Source of the DNA: Tubulanus polymorphus
Taxonomy: Eukaryota > Animalia > Nemertea
Assembly: GCF_964204645.1 (NCBI RefSeq)
Contig: NC_134026.1
Span: 22,354,150-22,418,149, forward strand
Reading direction: 5' to 3'
Length of the DNA stretch: 64,000 nucleotides
The translations under genes and the position numbers were made by a program. Numbering within the stretch: the first letter of the stretch is position 1; each line of letters starts with the position of its first letter. Below are positions 15,126 through 29,500 of the stretch, one piece after another. The notes under the pieces were generated by a model. It searched no databases, was not told where the DNA came from, and saw nothing but the letters and a program-made list of their open reading frames with translations.

Positions 15126-15336
15126 CATGTCGCTGTACGATTCACCAGAAGTAGCGTTTTGTTTATCAGGATCGTCAGCGCCACCTGAAGAGAGGATTGA
15201 TCCACGGGCGACGACCAACTCCACCTGACCGCTCGCGCCTTGCAGTATGCGGATGGCGTCCTGATGCGAAATTTTAGCATCCAACAACTGTTCGTTTATG
15301 GCCAAGATCTGGTCACTTTCTTGCAGGCGGCCATCT
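15126..15336 (-). CDS. MPDZ: MPDZ/PATJ-like coding exon: second half of PDZ1 and linker
   Basis: Acceptor ggtttttcag|A GAT GGC and donor GAC ATG|gtaagt. 211 nt. CG+A completes the Arg codon, giving [48 protein letters not shown]...SYSDM. Confidence 0.95.
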
Positions 15337-18197
15337 CTGAAAAACCATAAAATACGAATTGTAATCATGAATTGTGATACTATCCGGTAAGTTACCGACA
15401 TGAAAATGACACAGTATTTACATATACCGTATGTCAGCATGACACCTACAGAACTGTTTGTCAAAGTACGAACAAACTTTCGATTAAACACGGTGAAATA
15501 CACTGAATAACATGGTGAATTGTATCGACAAATAGTGGAGTTAAGTACACGAAAGTACTCGTAACATTAGGAAATAAGTTGCAATATTGATCATGATCAT
15601 AAAATTTTGTAACTATGCCGAGGGGGAGCAAAATCAAGCAGGTGTAATGGCGCGATCGATGAATATATTTGTCGGTGACCAGCGAAGACCAGCGAGCGCT
15701 ATGGATTACCAATCAATTTTCACACCATTTATAATACGATTACATATCGTCGATTCGATTCTGTGAGTCGATCTGAAGGGCATACAAATCACCCTCTGAT
15801 AGTTAGAGCGGCCACTAAAATCGGCATATTGATGAACGTTAATCTGATTACGGATCACCGCTGAAGAGCACGAGAGAGTCTCGACGCCGACGACGACGCT
15901 GCGTTGCTGAATTAACTGATTGAATAAGAATATCTATACGTGATGGTATGTATGTGTGTATGTATCTTCCTGATGAGTGATTGACTGCGAAAGTATCAGT
16001 AGTCAACCGATGAATGTACGAACAACTAGCCATCGAATATGTATATATTTCTACCTGTTTACAACGTAATGTCTGAGTGACAGAAATGACATTAGCGACA
16101 TTAAAGGCTCGCACTTTTTGTTAAAGCACTCGGCTGTATCCAGTTCAGAAGAAGGTTTTCTTATCTTATTTCTTCATTAACTCGGTTAATCCGTTTTGCC
16201 TAAAAGCGAAAAGTGCGGGTAACATGGCCCGGGCAATCTCGACCATGTTTTATCTATATCTTGCCTGAAAGTTGTGAGCCTTCAATCCAGCTCGATGCAA
16301 TCCGGCAAAAATCGGTTTCGCGTACGAAGCAGCGAATATGCCAAGATTCTTCGGTATTGAGTGTAGTATTGACACGGGATCGCTCGAGAATGACGAGCAT
16401 AACAGGAAACAAACGAGGAAGAAAAAAATCTGCGACGACGAACGCCATCGGCCATGTATGTAAATCAATACCTAAGTTAAATATGAGACACAAAAAGCTA
16501 TAATTCACTCTTTATAGCATTATCACTGCTTCTCTCTCTCTCCTCGCATACAACCATCAGAAACAACAAGAAGATTAATACTCAGAAAACCGAACCAGAA
16601 AACAACTACGAAATCGCTATAATCCGATGGAAGCATGTGTGAAAAATGATTGATCAACCACGACTCAGTGAGCGTACGGATAAAAACTGATAGTTCGGTA
16701 AAATAACTTAATTGCTAGCATTTCTACATGATACATAAACCGATAGCAATTATAATTATTGATCATCTGAAATAGGCAAATAGAGGGAGAAAATATCCCC
16801 GAGAAGTGGCAATATCGTAATGAAAATATGAAATGGATATCCACCAAAACTTAGAACGATCATTTTGTAAGAAAACCTTTTTTTCTAACACATCATTTTG
16901 ACAATTCTTCGAGAAGGGTTAACTCCCAATACTCAACACAGCGCACAGCTTCTAGATATTACGTAAGGGCAAAGAGAAATGTAATCAATTCTGTTTCCTT
17001 TTCACTTATCCTATACTAATAAACAGCTGAATCTAATAACTCCCAGCCAAATGTACAAATACATGAAGCCGTACACAAATGATAAGAAGCAAATGTAGAA
17101 AGTGAAGCTGAATTAATATTCAATGATATCTGATGAACTGCGCTCTGAGGGTATTACGACTCTCCCCTTTATCATGTAGCTGTACCCAAAGCCCATCTGC
17201 CCAAACACAAGTTGTGTCTATTCTTGAATGTGTTTTCAATCAATCCGCGACTTAATGAATTTGTGACTACACTTAAGATTGCATTGCACCCCTAACTAGA
17301 TTAGCACAAGCTGCAATGCTAGTTATCCCTGAGCTAGACTGAATGCAACTCTGGCGTCTCCCATAGCATAGAACTCAAATCAAATTTGTGTTCTATGCTC
17401 ATAGTTAAAACTGCCGATTCATAGGGCCCTTCCTTTTCAATGTTTGCAAGTAGTAAATAGTCCACGATTGAACTGACAGATGGCGCCAGTTCAGACTCGA
17501 GAGACTAAATTGGGTAGACGCTTAGCGTGAGAGACATTCTAGTTGTGACCGGGATGTTCTCAACGGGTTTCTTGTCAAAAGGTTTCTTCAGAGAAGCGAC
17601 GCCAGTTTGATCAGTCGGTTGCGCGATAATTCCCTCTCACGGAACTTTTAAAATCCGCCTAATAGAATTTCATCTTAGCCCTTTAGCTCTTGCATGACCT
17701 TCCGCCATTGACGTCGATGATAAATCCCCGCGAAGCCTGACACGAGGGCCTATAATTACGACTTTACATCATCCATCATGACTTTAATTGTACAGATTTA
17801 TGCTCGTAAGAATGCAAAACCTATGACGAAAATCGATGCGCGCTCGATGCTTAGCATATTAAACAACAACGTTTCCTCAGAAGTTTTTTCTTTTTCGCGA
17901 GCCTCGATTCAGGTCTACCCGCACGCAGATTATCAAACAAAACAAAGCCGATCGATCGCGAACCCGTTCGAGCGGGATACACGCATATGACATTTTCCAT
18001 CGCAAAAGAGCGGCACGTACGCGAAATCCACACCGGCGTAGATTTTCCACGTAACGTATCTTATCGATTTCGAAGTGTCTGGACAACCCAGCTATGATGT
18101 CACATCCGACGGCTTTCAACGAGTAATTGACTGTGACGTCAACCGACAGTCCGCTATTGAAGTCTAATTTCTATCAATTATACGGTCGGTAATGACC

Positions 18198-18234
18198 GAC
18201 TATACTACATCGATGACTATACTACATCGATGAC
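18198..18234. repeat. 17-bp perfect tandem duplication
   Basis: gactatactacatcgat x2 followed by gac. Confidence 0.85.
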
Positions 18235-20204
18235 GACATTCACAGTTAAGCCTAGACGAGCAAACCATGTCAACTGGTGCTTAATCTTTAAGTCCGCCCA
18301 TATGCAATCAAACTTCTCCATAATGAATAAATTCCGAGGATAGTTTTGTAATTTTGTAAAGTATTCAGTCCTCATAGTTCTTAAACCAGATTGAATCTGC
18401 GTTATCTTCTCATAACAGCCTAATTTGGGAAAAAGCCACAAACCTCATCTAGACAAGAGCCTTATTCTTAAGTTAGGCAAATCTTAATCTCAAATTAATT
18501 AAATCCATCAAGAGATGGGATAGGCACATAATCTTAGAATTAATTACGGCTTGTTTCAACTTACCTGATAAATGGAAATGGATGTATCCATATTAACACC
18601 ATTATAAGTGTAAATAAGAACACTCATTAATTCAGGATTAGCTAGACTATCCAAAACTTACCGCCTCATTTCTGATTTTGTTCAGGTACGCAGTACAAAT
18701 ACGTCGTTATGGAAAAGATTCCTGTAGCATTTAGGCTTTAATAAAGCTCAAATATATAGAGCTTATCCTGCGCAAGCTTTGAAAATTTGATTGAACCTGC
18801 ACGCAAGCCATAATTACATTCGACTATTATCCTGTCTGACAACAATGCAGTTCTCTCCAACCCTCCAGACGGTTCGTTTAATTGCTTTTTAACCTAACGC
18901 TATATGTTTACCAGACGACAATTTTTCTTCATCAGCGAGAAAACAGTGGTCATTAAAGCCTATTCCATTCCGCATGAGTGCGAATATTTGCACGCGCCAT
19001 TTTCCCTTTTGTTCAAACATATTTTTCGATACTAACGGAAAACAGTGAGACAGACTTCTAGTTGACTTAGACAAATAAATCATTTTTTATAAACCATGAA
19101 AATATTATCGATAATTGATTTTTCTTTTCGAAATTTTCTCCACATTCAGACGCCGGCGCGAAATACACGGGGCATTCGAATTCGATACGAGGAAAACGAA
19201 TTCAGCTCGCCGATTTCCGATTCGCGTTCATCGATCGGATAAAAATGAAGAACTAAATGGATATCAATTATCTGAGTTGAATCGAGCCGGCAGATATTGT
19301 ACGCATACTCCGCCGTGAGTTACCTTCGATTTCGAATAAAAACATAACGCGACTGCAGACGATTAAGAATCACTTGATACACCACCACATCAATAAAGCC
19401 GTTTTCAGCGAACGAAAGAAACTTAAAACGTTTTTCCATTTTCATATCACGTGTTGCTACACGAGATTTCGAACAAGTTGCACTGCGTTCATGAATTTGA
19501 TTTGTTTGTCGTTTCTGCAGCTGCCAAATAACTGGGAGGGTGCTTTGAGCGAGTGCTAAAAATGATGCCTTTACTCTCAGAAAAATCATTTCCATTCATC
19601 AAATTACGATTATGGGTCCAAGTTTTATGGCAGCCGGAAGAGGCCATCGGCAAAAGGGCTGTGTCACAATAAGCGATGAGATAGGGCCTATTAGGGTATA
19701 TGCAATAAACAAAGAGCTAACATTTTCTTGGCAAAATTTCATTGTATACTCAGAAAAACAGTTAGACTAATGAATTCATTAGCCAGCCCAGCCTATCTAT
19801 GATGAACTAAAACATACTGAGTGATCGGATATCATTCTTAATGACCAGTTGTTATCAATCCACTGGCCGTCCGTAAATCTTGCATGGAATAATCAACTGG
19901 CTGCCCCGAAAAGCGGAAATGCGGCAAACATAAATCAGATTTGGTGCATGAGTCTCCTAATTGACAGCAACGGGTCAAGATAATGCCATTGTTTCACTTG
20001 TCAATTTATGGTTCATAAAAAATAAATGATGACATTTATCAGTATCTGTGTGCAGAAGAGGAAGGACACTGATTAGCTTATATAAACTGTGCTTCAGATT
20101 AAGTTTGTTTGAAAGGATTGCTGATGGGGGCCATTTGGGAAAACCTTGGTCGTCTGATTTGAAAAGATCTGTTGGATATTTCTAGATAACTGAATGCAGG
20201 TCTT

Positions 20205-20560
20205 AAGCCACATCACATGAGCATTTTGGCATGGACAAAATTTGATTTGTTTGTTAACCCTTTTGGTGCGTCTACACCGCAGTGCGGTGTATGAATTGCA
20301 CTATAGTGGTATTCCCATTATTCACCACACAAGGGTGGATTTTTTCAAAGTTTTCAAATTATCTCCAGCGCTATAGGGTATCGATTAGTCAGCACTGAAA
20401 GGGTTAATCCAAGCCAATTTGGCCCTGGCAAAATTGTCTCGGCTTTATTCATCTGGATTCATTAATCTTCTTCAGAATCAGTTAGTCTGTTCAAATTTGG
20501 CCTGTACCTGGAATGGACCAATTTGAATGGACCAGATCAATATTGTACATTCACTGGCCT
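20205..20560. mobile_element. Degenerate 'gggccaaatttgg'-family MITE interrupted by a younger insertion
   Basis: agccacatcacatgagcattttggcatggacaaaatttg matches the family terminus. Family motifs (ccaatttggccc, caaatttggcc) resume after 20407. The right boundary is approximate. Confidence 0.5.
20258..20403. mobile_element. piggyBac-like MITE, 146 bp
   Basis: TTAA|CCCTTTTGGTGC ... GCACTGAAAGGG|TTAA, i.e. CCC/GGG termini, imperfect 12-bp TIRs and a TTAA TSD. Internal hairpin tacaccgcagtgcggtgta. Confidence 0.8.
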
Positions 20561-23500
20561 AGCTATACTGAATGAGTGACAATCGAAGCGAAGTTTTTAT
20601 TCACTCCCGGAAAAATGGTCCATTCTAGAATTCAGAACAGACCTGGCTCGGATGGCTTTTGCTAAAATATTACGAAAGATACCAAAAGACTTAAGATTTT
20701 TAAGACCCATTCTGCGCAACTGCGAGCAAATAGACTATATTCTCTAGCTTGTCGATGCTGACAAAAAAATTGACGAGATTTCTATTAAGAATAATTACGT
20801 CTCATCAAAACCGAATGACAAGGAGAGAAGGCAACAGCAGACTATATGAGGAGTTGAGATATACACAATTTGCATAAACATCGCTGAGAAATCAACACCT
20901 GTTCGCTGATCAAGTTTTATTGATGAATCAAATAATGTAACTGCTTGTAATCATTATTCTCAAGGCGAAAAATGAATTGAAAATTAACGATAGGCAACTA
21001 CTAGACCTACAATGCAGCGGCGTATGAATTTTCCGGAGAACGGTCACAGATGCTACAAGTTTGCTCGTATTCGGTCGAATTGCAAAAGAAATCGTTCACG
21101 CAAAACGAACTGAACGCCGAGGCGGTGTTAAATTCACCGAAGCGAGGACAGTCGAAACTTGTCTTATTCGCTAGTACAATATTCATCCTCAGAAATGCAG
21201 CACGCATCGTAGTACGCTAATTTTTTCCTTAAACATTCACTTTTCTATGAACACGGTTCCCGCAGTTGCATGAATTCCCAATTTTTACCCAGGTAATTTC
21301 ATTGGTGATTTTTCAATTTTCCCAAATGGAAAATGGCGCCTACGTAAAATGAACAGATACCATCATACTACAGGGCATCATAATAATACAGCCAAATGGT
21401 GAATGGTTGATAACGGTGACTTTCAAAGTGATTGAAGAAAGTTGCCTTTGTGCAAATGCTATACATAAAATGTAAATGAATTTCCGAAATATTTCTTGGT
21501 TTAATGAAAATTTCTCAAATTCTTAAATATTTCCCAACTGTGTATATAATCATGAAATTAAATCCCAAGTTTTTCGCGATACTGTGGGAACCATGCATTA
21601 ACATTAAAGCACTATCGTAGAAGAGAATACCAAAACACGACGAGCCGCATTTTCATATTCAAACAGAATATTTGAACGGTTGTACGGTGAAAATGCGCAT
21701 CTCTCGGATATGCCTTTATTGGCAGGCAGCATCAGATATCCAGCGTACCAATCAACAACTATCGAACAACTGTCTATACGAACGTGATGAATTGTCATTT
21801 CAGCTACCAGTCTCTCTCAAGACTGAGCTCGGCGGCGGCGGCAGCGTTCAAATCAAACTTTTTCAATCAACGAAAGAGCGCAGATGTACCCTTACATGTT
21901 GGTGTACCATACTACACAAACAGAAAATTTGGTGCACAAATTCAAACGCACAGGCAGATGCATGCTAAAAAACTAACTTGAAAGTTTACAAATCATATAA
22001 TGATCAATAAAGTTACTTTGGATTTGAATATATTGATAATTGATTTGAATTGACCGGCAACAAGTATAGCCCTGATATATTGACGACTGAGTGCACATGC
22101 TCTCAAATTTGACTATTGAAATTTATCAACAAGAGCTAAGAATTTTCCTGCCAAAAACAGTTTTTCGTCGAATTTAAACAGAGTTGACCATGTCATCGAT
22201 GGAGGTTCGTCATGACTTCAATGTCATCGATTATACGTCGTTTAACCCGAGAACCAATGAAAAAAATGCTCACATAAAAAAACGTACCGCGATTTTACAT
22301 GAATTGGCTCAATGCCAACCTCATACTGCTGACAAAGGTAAACCAAAAACGCTAAATCAAAAATAGAGACTGGCAACAAGTCTACAAAATCTATTGTTTA
22401 TCGCCACCGGTGAGGGCGCTGAACAAAACACAAGATTACTAGCAGTGAGGAGCCGGCCTTCCTTTCCGCTTATAGTTCTATGGCTGAGCCTACAGTTGGC
22501 CTAAAAATAAGATAAGAGTTATAAAATACATTTACAAAATAAATGCCAAAATTCACAATTTAATCGTTATTTTGAAACACCAATATTAATGACATAATGC
22601 ACATCCAATCACACAGAACCCCTGATATAAAGCATACTAGGTATCGATGCATATGAACATTATTGTAACAGGTATTTACTGCGTCATAAAATCGGTTTTT
22701 GTTCCTACTTATGCGGCAGGTAATCAAAATCTGAGAAGTCGATGAACTATAAATTAAATAAACACGCTATTGATAACGAGATATCAAAGCGCGCCCGACG
22801 TCAAAAAGCCTCGTTTAAATTTCAATTAAACCGATTATAGATCTGTCGGCGGAGATTTTTTCTCTATATCGAGCGACGACATATCATTATCTAAACTTCA
22901 AAAGAGAATATCCACAAGAGATAAACAACACAACAGTTTCACTTCCGATAAACAGATTCCATACGCCTCAATTATAATAAGTCGATTTTTTTCGTTCAAT
23001 ACTGGAGTCAACCCGTATTGCAACAAGAAATTGAATCCGCGCTTGTGTATAGCATTAAAGGATCACGTGGATGTTGTGACAGTGGAAAAAAATCAGTTCT
23101 CCCGAGTCCGAAAAAAGCGTTCCGCGTTTATTTATTAGAAAATTTCCTCATTGAAATTGGCCGGTGAATATGTCGAGTTCACCAAAGATATGCGCGAGAT
23201 AATGGAATTTACCAATTCAAATATAGAGAAACATCGGTCAAAGTACGTGAAACTGTATCTCTTAATTTTTCGCATTAAAATCTATATAAGCGCACCGTGG
23301 CAGTGAAACCTTTACTATATTTTACCCATATTCCAACGAATATTCAGTACAATGCATCGATTTAGACATGAAGCGCTTCAACACGGTGTAGATATATATA
23401 CATATATCGATCAAACGAAGAAAACTTTTTGATTCTTCAAATATCAAACCAGGGTTTCACACTTGATCTCCTTGTGAATAGAGCATTATCTAATCGGAAG

Positions 23501-26500
23501 GAGCGGCTTTAGGTACGGATTTGTCTAACGAATCTCGAGATATCTGGAAATGAAGTGCGCGCTCCGTGTTGATAAATCTGAGCTTATTTAGGAAGAGGTT
23601 TTTGTTTGGTTCACTACAGGAAAATATCACCATCTATAACGTATCCCGAAGCTACAATAACCAACATCGTCTTAGAGACCTTATATACCGCATCGACCGA
23701 TATAATAGCCATAACTAAGGTGCTCGCTACTTACACCTCCGGCTCAGATACAACACATTTCTTATTACTTGTCTCGAAGGCACCGGAAATTCAAACCAAT
23801 GGGACATACTTAATTAAGTAACCAGTGGTACGCAGTCGGCTGAAATCCGATGGTCAAATGATTGCTAGAGGGCGCGAGTCACTCGACGGCAAATATCAAC
23901 AAGCGAAAATGAAGCGGTGAACATTGATATATTAAGATTCCGCACTTATGATGTCCGCTGCCTCGAGAGACCGGTCCAATGGACGAAATACTTATATTAC
24001 ATTATGCTGCGCTTGACGGAATTTCGAATGCGCAAAATAATTTTGAATAACTTTCCACTAAGACGAGACGCGACCACTGTGGCAACCTCAGTGGAAATAA
24101 AAATTTATGAGCAGCTCCCCGACGGATGAAGTCATTAATGAAAACATCATTCGGGACCTTACACGATACGTATAGAGACCGCTGGAACGTCACATCGGTA
24201 CATTCATGAGTGTGTAATCCTGAGATACCAAGAGCATACAATAAGTAGATTATTGGACATCAAGTTGACCGACTAATACAGAAAGCAGATATTTATTTGC
24301 CGATATTGGTTTTGGCCACAAAGGAAACATGCTACAATACACAGTTCAGATCGTGTGTTCGAGAACATATAATTCCCAGGTTGGATATTTCCTCACGATG
24401 CACATATTCCGGTTTGGTTTCATGTATATCGTGTTCAACTACTTCTCAAGTGATAGAGACGTGCATGAAACTGAATTCATCATCCTTAGAACAAAATGGC
24501 AGCAACCCGCAACCTAGGAAGAAGTAAGAAGATGGCCCCTTCAAGATGAAGTTGCTTTCTGATGAATATGTCCGTCAATTTTCCTAAATTGTTTTCAATG
24601 GAAAAACACTCCATTAAATTGGAGTTAACAATGGATATTCAAATAGCAGGACTTCTTCAATTTCCATATTGATATCGTTTACATCAATATTGTCTCGTCC
24701 CGACCATACTGCGAATAACTTGAACAGCATTCAAAGCTGTTGAAATATTGAATTGAGATAAGCATACGCCAGGGAATTGTTAGGCCGAAAACTGATTTTG
24801 GGACACATTCTTCAGATATGCACGCCATCAACCCAGGCATCAATCAGCCCGGATACCGAAGTGCTTCTCACGTAGAAACAAGAATCCGTATAATTACGTG
24901 CACTGGCTTGAAAGAAGTAACAGCGACAATTTTGGCGATTCCATATTGCAACAGTTCACCCATGACAGCACAAAACAATGTCACTGTCACCGCAAAGCAG
25001 TGGCGCTGTAACCACCTCAATCTCTATAAACTTGCAGCGCCTGTCGACTTACGCTGCTTTTCTATTATTAGGCTGTTGTTTGCAGGTTATTAATGTCCGA
25101 ATACCTTCACATCTACTGCAATATTGAACAGATATACAATCAGGAATACAAACGTTTATTACCATTTGATGATTATGAACAATCGCAATAAAAACATTAG
25201 CATCAAAGCAGTATTCATACCGATATACTGCTGTACACCTCATTCTCACTAATTCCATTAACATTGATGTCATTATTCGCATGAGAAAATCAAGTGCATC
25301 ACAATACAATGAACCAATAACGGCCAATGTTATAGATAGTTTATTACCTGGACTCTAAAAGAGACTCATTTTGGAGTCCATGGTTTATAAGGTCACGTTC
25401 TAAGCAATACTGCAATACGCAGAATCCTAGCGATAACTACGCAAGAGCTAATATCTGGAACTAGCTGCTTTCCAGAGTTTTCTGTTAGGTTGGCGTTGAT
25501 AGCATTACAATACATACATTCTCCGATTATCTAACCTCTTAAAGAGTCAAAACCAAACCCAACTTCAAGTAATCATTGTTTTAAAAAATTTGGCCCGTGG
25601 TGACATGTAAAAAGTTGATACTAACCAGGCTTACGATAAACTCAAATTTTCAACTCAGGCATATATACTTTATTCAAACACTAGATTCATCTTCAAGTCT
25701 AGATCAAAGAATTCAGAGTCCAGCCAACCAGTCAACCAATTGAAGCCAGTAGTTTCTAGTCGATCTTCAAGTCTACCACAGTATTGAAGCATGAAGATTC
25801 AATTTTCTAAAATCGAAGTTGAGGAGTCTACCAACCAACCAACCGGCTAGTCAGCCAATTGAGTCAATAGGTGTGGTAGTAGTACTGGACTAATGCGTAG
25901 GCTGTTGTCAGTAAATGATTTACATTCAGTTGCAGCCGCTGAACAGCGCAGTGTATTGATGTGAAATAGATTACGTTTATCTTTTGCATTCATAATCACA
26001 GCAAAATTTAACTAACAACAGGAAATTCATGACAACTCCCGGCAATGATATTGATGAATGATTGTTTTGCGACATCAATAATTAAAAGCCAACTAATACA
26101 CACACACCCTGTGAATGCAGCCACAATGCAAATCAAGCGCACTTATATCATACCTGAAAATCATGTAAATAAAAGTATTTAATTAGAAACGGTAAATACA
26201 CAGACTTCGTGAAAGGCTGGCGCCAACGTGGACTGAGCCTGCAGCTTGTGCAGGCGATTGAAGATCTGCAACATACATTCGCCCTCCTGATTATCAAGGC
26301 TAGCTTTTAATCATTGAGACCATCTTAACAATATTTCAATAAGAAAGTCTCCAAAAAGTCTTGTTCATATTCAAGATGCGAAATATTGATTCAGCACAAT
26401 TAGCGATCAAGCCACAGCTACCGGTAGGCGGCTTCTCTGGCATCGTGTAATCAGGTGACAATTCATGGCAGCAACTTTTCCTTTCTTGAAAACAGCCTCT

Positions 26501-29500
26501 TATAATACGAGATGATGACAGTAAATTGATAAACAGCAACTGAAAAACTGCTCATAGGGGATTGTTTTAAACTCCCACTGTGCACTCCTAGCGTTTGGAG
26601 ATCCTCCTCCTGATTATGAAGGCTGAATTTTAACCATAAAGCCCATAGAGGGTTTTTTTAACCTCCAAGTTTTAACAATGCTATTTCCTTCCCTTGTCTG
26701 GATAATTGTACAGATTCACTTGTGGCACTGAGGCAATATTTCTGATTGAATGCATCCTCTGGAGCATCTCAAAAATGAGAATCTTGCTTGGTGGAAAATT
26801 TCATTTTACCGGCATTGCGCTCAGCACTCAAATGCAGCTTTTTGTCAAAAGGCATGGATAATTCAGACGCAAACATCGATATTCTTTATTCTTAATAGCA
26901 AAGCTTCAGCTGCGACTGGAATAAGTTTTCACTCTTTTCTCTCTCATATCAAAAGCTTCTCCCGCTTCGCTGCCGTACAAAATATAAGCCGTAAAAAGAA
27001 GTGACAATCAACAACATTGACATCACAGTTCCCGACTTCAATACCCATGTACCCTTTGATACAGTCAGCTTTACTGCAGTATATCACACTTGTGTCTCCT
27101 GCCTTGAAACATCAAACAATTCGACCGAAGATTAAATCACATTTTTAGCCCGTATACATAGTCTGATACGACTGAACTAGTCGGCGGAGCATTAAGTGAT
27201 AAATGGTGGTGAAAACGACAATAAAGCTAAGCACGTCAAACACAACGAAGGAGCTACCTATAAATTGAAATGCTGGCGTCGTGCGCCTAGCGAAGAATCT
27301 GAATACAATGATGATACGCATGAAGCAATTTTATTCACATCAGATGATTAATGCAGGTAGTCATCCACGAAAGATTAGCCAATGTCACCGTACTGCACCC
27401 GATAACCTGCAACAACACAACTATGATGATAATGTGTACAAAGTAAATAGGAAAACAACACCGTTGTGTTTTTGTAGGCATCCCAGCAATAAGAGGAATA
27501 TCAATGGTGCAACATTGAATTCATTTGTTCTAATTAAAATATTGTTGTTAACCCAACCTGTACATGATAATATTCACTTTGACAACAAGCGTGTTAGCAT
27601 TTTGGATTTCTGACTGATTTTGCACAAGGAGAATATTTGCATATTCGCTAAAACCTTGTTTCCTGCCAAACTCAAGTCAAGATGCAAGAAACAAGGTCAA
27701 TGCAAGATGATATTTGAGCAACTTGAAATATGGACCCAGTACCAAAATATTGTGCGATAGATTTAACAGTCAAAATAGTCAACTTGTTTCAGTTATTTTA
27801 CTTGAGCAATGGGTAAACTGGTAAGCAAGTAGAGTGAGACAGTGTGAAGGTCAAACCGATTGATTTACCCGGAGAAAAAGAAGATGTTTGTTCAATAAGT
27901 GGTTTACGAGTAGGAGTACTTCACCCTTAGAAAGGTATTACTCAGGTATGCGTGTGTGTAGACCAGTGGGTGCTATTGAAGAGCGTCTTCAAGAATACCT
28001 GTCAGTTCTTTCGCAACATTATCAAACCCTTCTTCATACACGCTAATGTACGAAATTAGAAACTTCATCACTGATAGACTTTTAAGAAAACCTACTCACA
28101 GCCTTCATTCCGGTCATTAGCGATGCAATAGCCATGGAAATTTGCTGCCACACATTTTTATGAAATCAAGTTATTATAGAAGAAAGAATGAGAAAAGCTG
28201 ATGTGGCTAACATTTCAAGAAGAAAAAATACAGAACACTTGCTAAAAGAATGATTTTTCTGTATTGCCTAGTCTGTCCATTCTTTGAACAACTATCACAA
28301 CATGATTTGCTCGTAGGTCCATTTAACATGAGATGATTCAACTCAGAACACAGGGAGGGATGTAGAAACCAGCTTGTCAAGTGAACCACAGCACTAATAT
28401 ACTTATATAGAGATTCATTATTGCAAACTGCAATCTGAAGTGATATTCATGGTAAGCGATATATCATATGATTATCCATAGATTCAACTAAATAAATCAT
28501 ATCTAGTTGATAATAAGAATATATAAGAAACACCCAAATCATTTACAACCACACATTAATGATACATGTCATTTAATATGCTATGTGCGTAAGCAATACT
28601 AATGTAGATGACCTTAATTGTTAACTTCCAACAGTTGATTCAGATCTGATTAAGACTATCATGGACTCTATGAGACTATCAATGAAGAATTTTCATTTCA
28701 AATTTATAACTATATTGAATCCCGAACATATCAAAGATAAACATCTATCCTGTGTCTTATGTCTTGCTATAATGTCTGCATGATGATTGTCAGATGCATG
28801 TTATTTTTTGGTAAATGTTTTTCTTCCTGATATAAATATTGAATGTTATAGAAAAGATATCAAGCTTGAAGCAGAACAACTTCTAGTTGATCAAAAACTT
28901 AAAAATGATGTAAGCAAAATGACCCTCAGGTTTGATAATCGAAGGTGCGGATGGGTTTCACTCAAGGATAGAAATAGCAGTGTCTAAAGAATATTTCAAA
29001 CTCCTTGCAATTGAAGCAGCTCTCGAAATTCTCATTAAAATCGAGAGTTAAAACTTGAATATGATTTAATAACTAAAAAAATCAATAGTCAAACACTGGA
29101 ATATGGAATATTTGGAACGTAGAAACTGTACTTGTACTTGAAATCAAATATGTAATGAAATAGTTTTAATGGATACGGGGACGACGTTGAATCACTTCAA
29201 ATTGCTTTAAAATACGTCTGAATTCAGAATATCGATGGTAGCAAATGGCTATTTATTATCGATGAAACCACGACGCAAAGATGTATTTCTTACCAAATCG
29301 AGATACTTGAACGATATAAACGGATAAATCACTCGCTCGCGATGTTGGAATATAGCCACAGGCAGGTACAAGGGGAAATGGGACAATAAATCCAATAAAA
29401 TGCAGCACGTATAGCTTACTTTCTGCGCAACCCATCCAGAAACAATGTAATAATGATGCTGGATTAAAGTATCAACTCTATGGAGCACCATCGTCGCCCG

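Noticed and set aside
15337-15503. N-terminal extension of the 138-aa ORF (MYFTVF...)
   Set aside because: Intronic read-through; PDZ similarity starts only at the acceptor.
17365-17399. 16-bp hairpin agcatagaactcaaat/atttgtgttctatgct
   Set aside because: Short and AT-rich with no supporting context; probably a MITE remnant or chance.
23729-23810. Short ORF MSHWFEFPVPSRQVIRNVLYLSRR before GT|gtaagt
   Set aside because: The strong donor gives phase 1, which is incompatible with the next exon; the phase-2 GT (gtgtaa) is a poor donor.
26216-26650. Two related segments of about 35 bp (cctcctgattatNaaggct...ttttaaNcat) resembling tRNA-derived SINE heads
   Set aside because: No cloverleaf or intact B box; too degenerate to call a tRNA or SINE.
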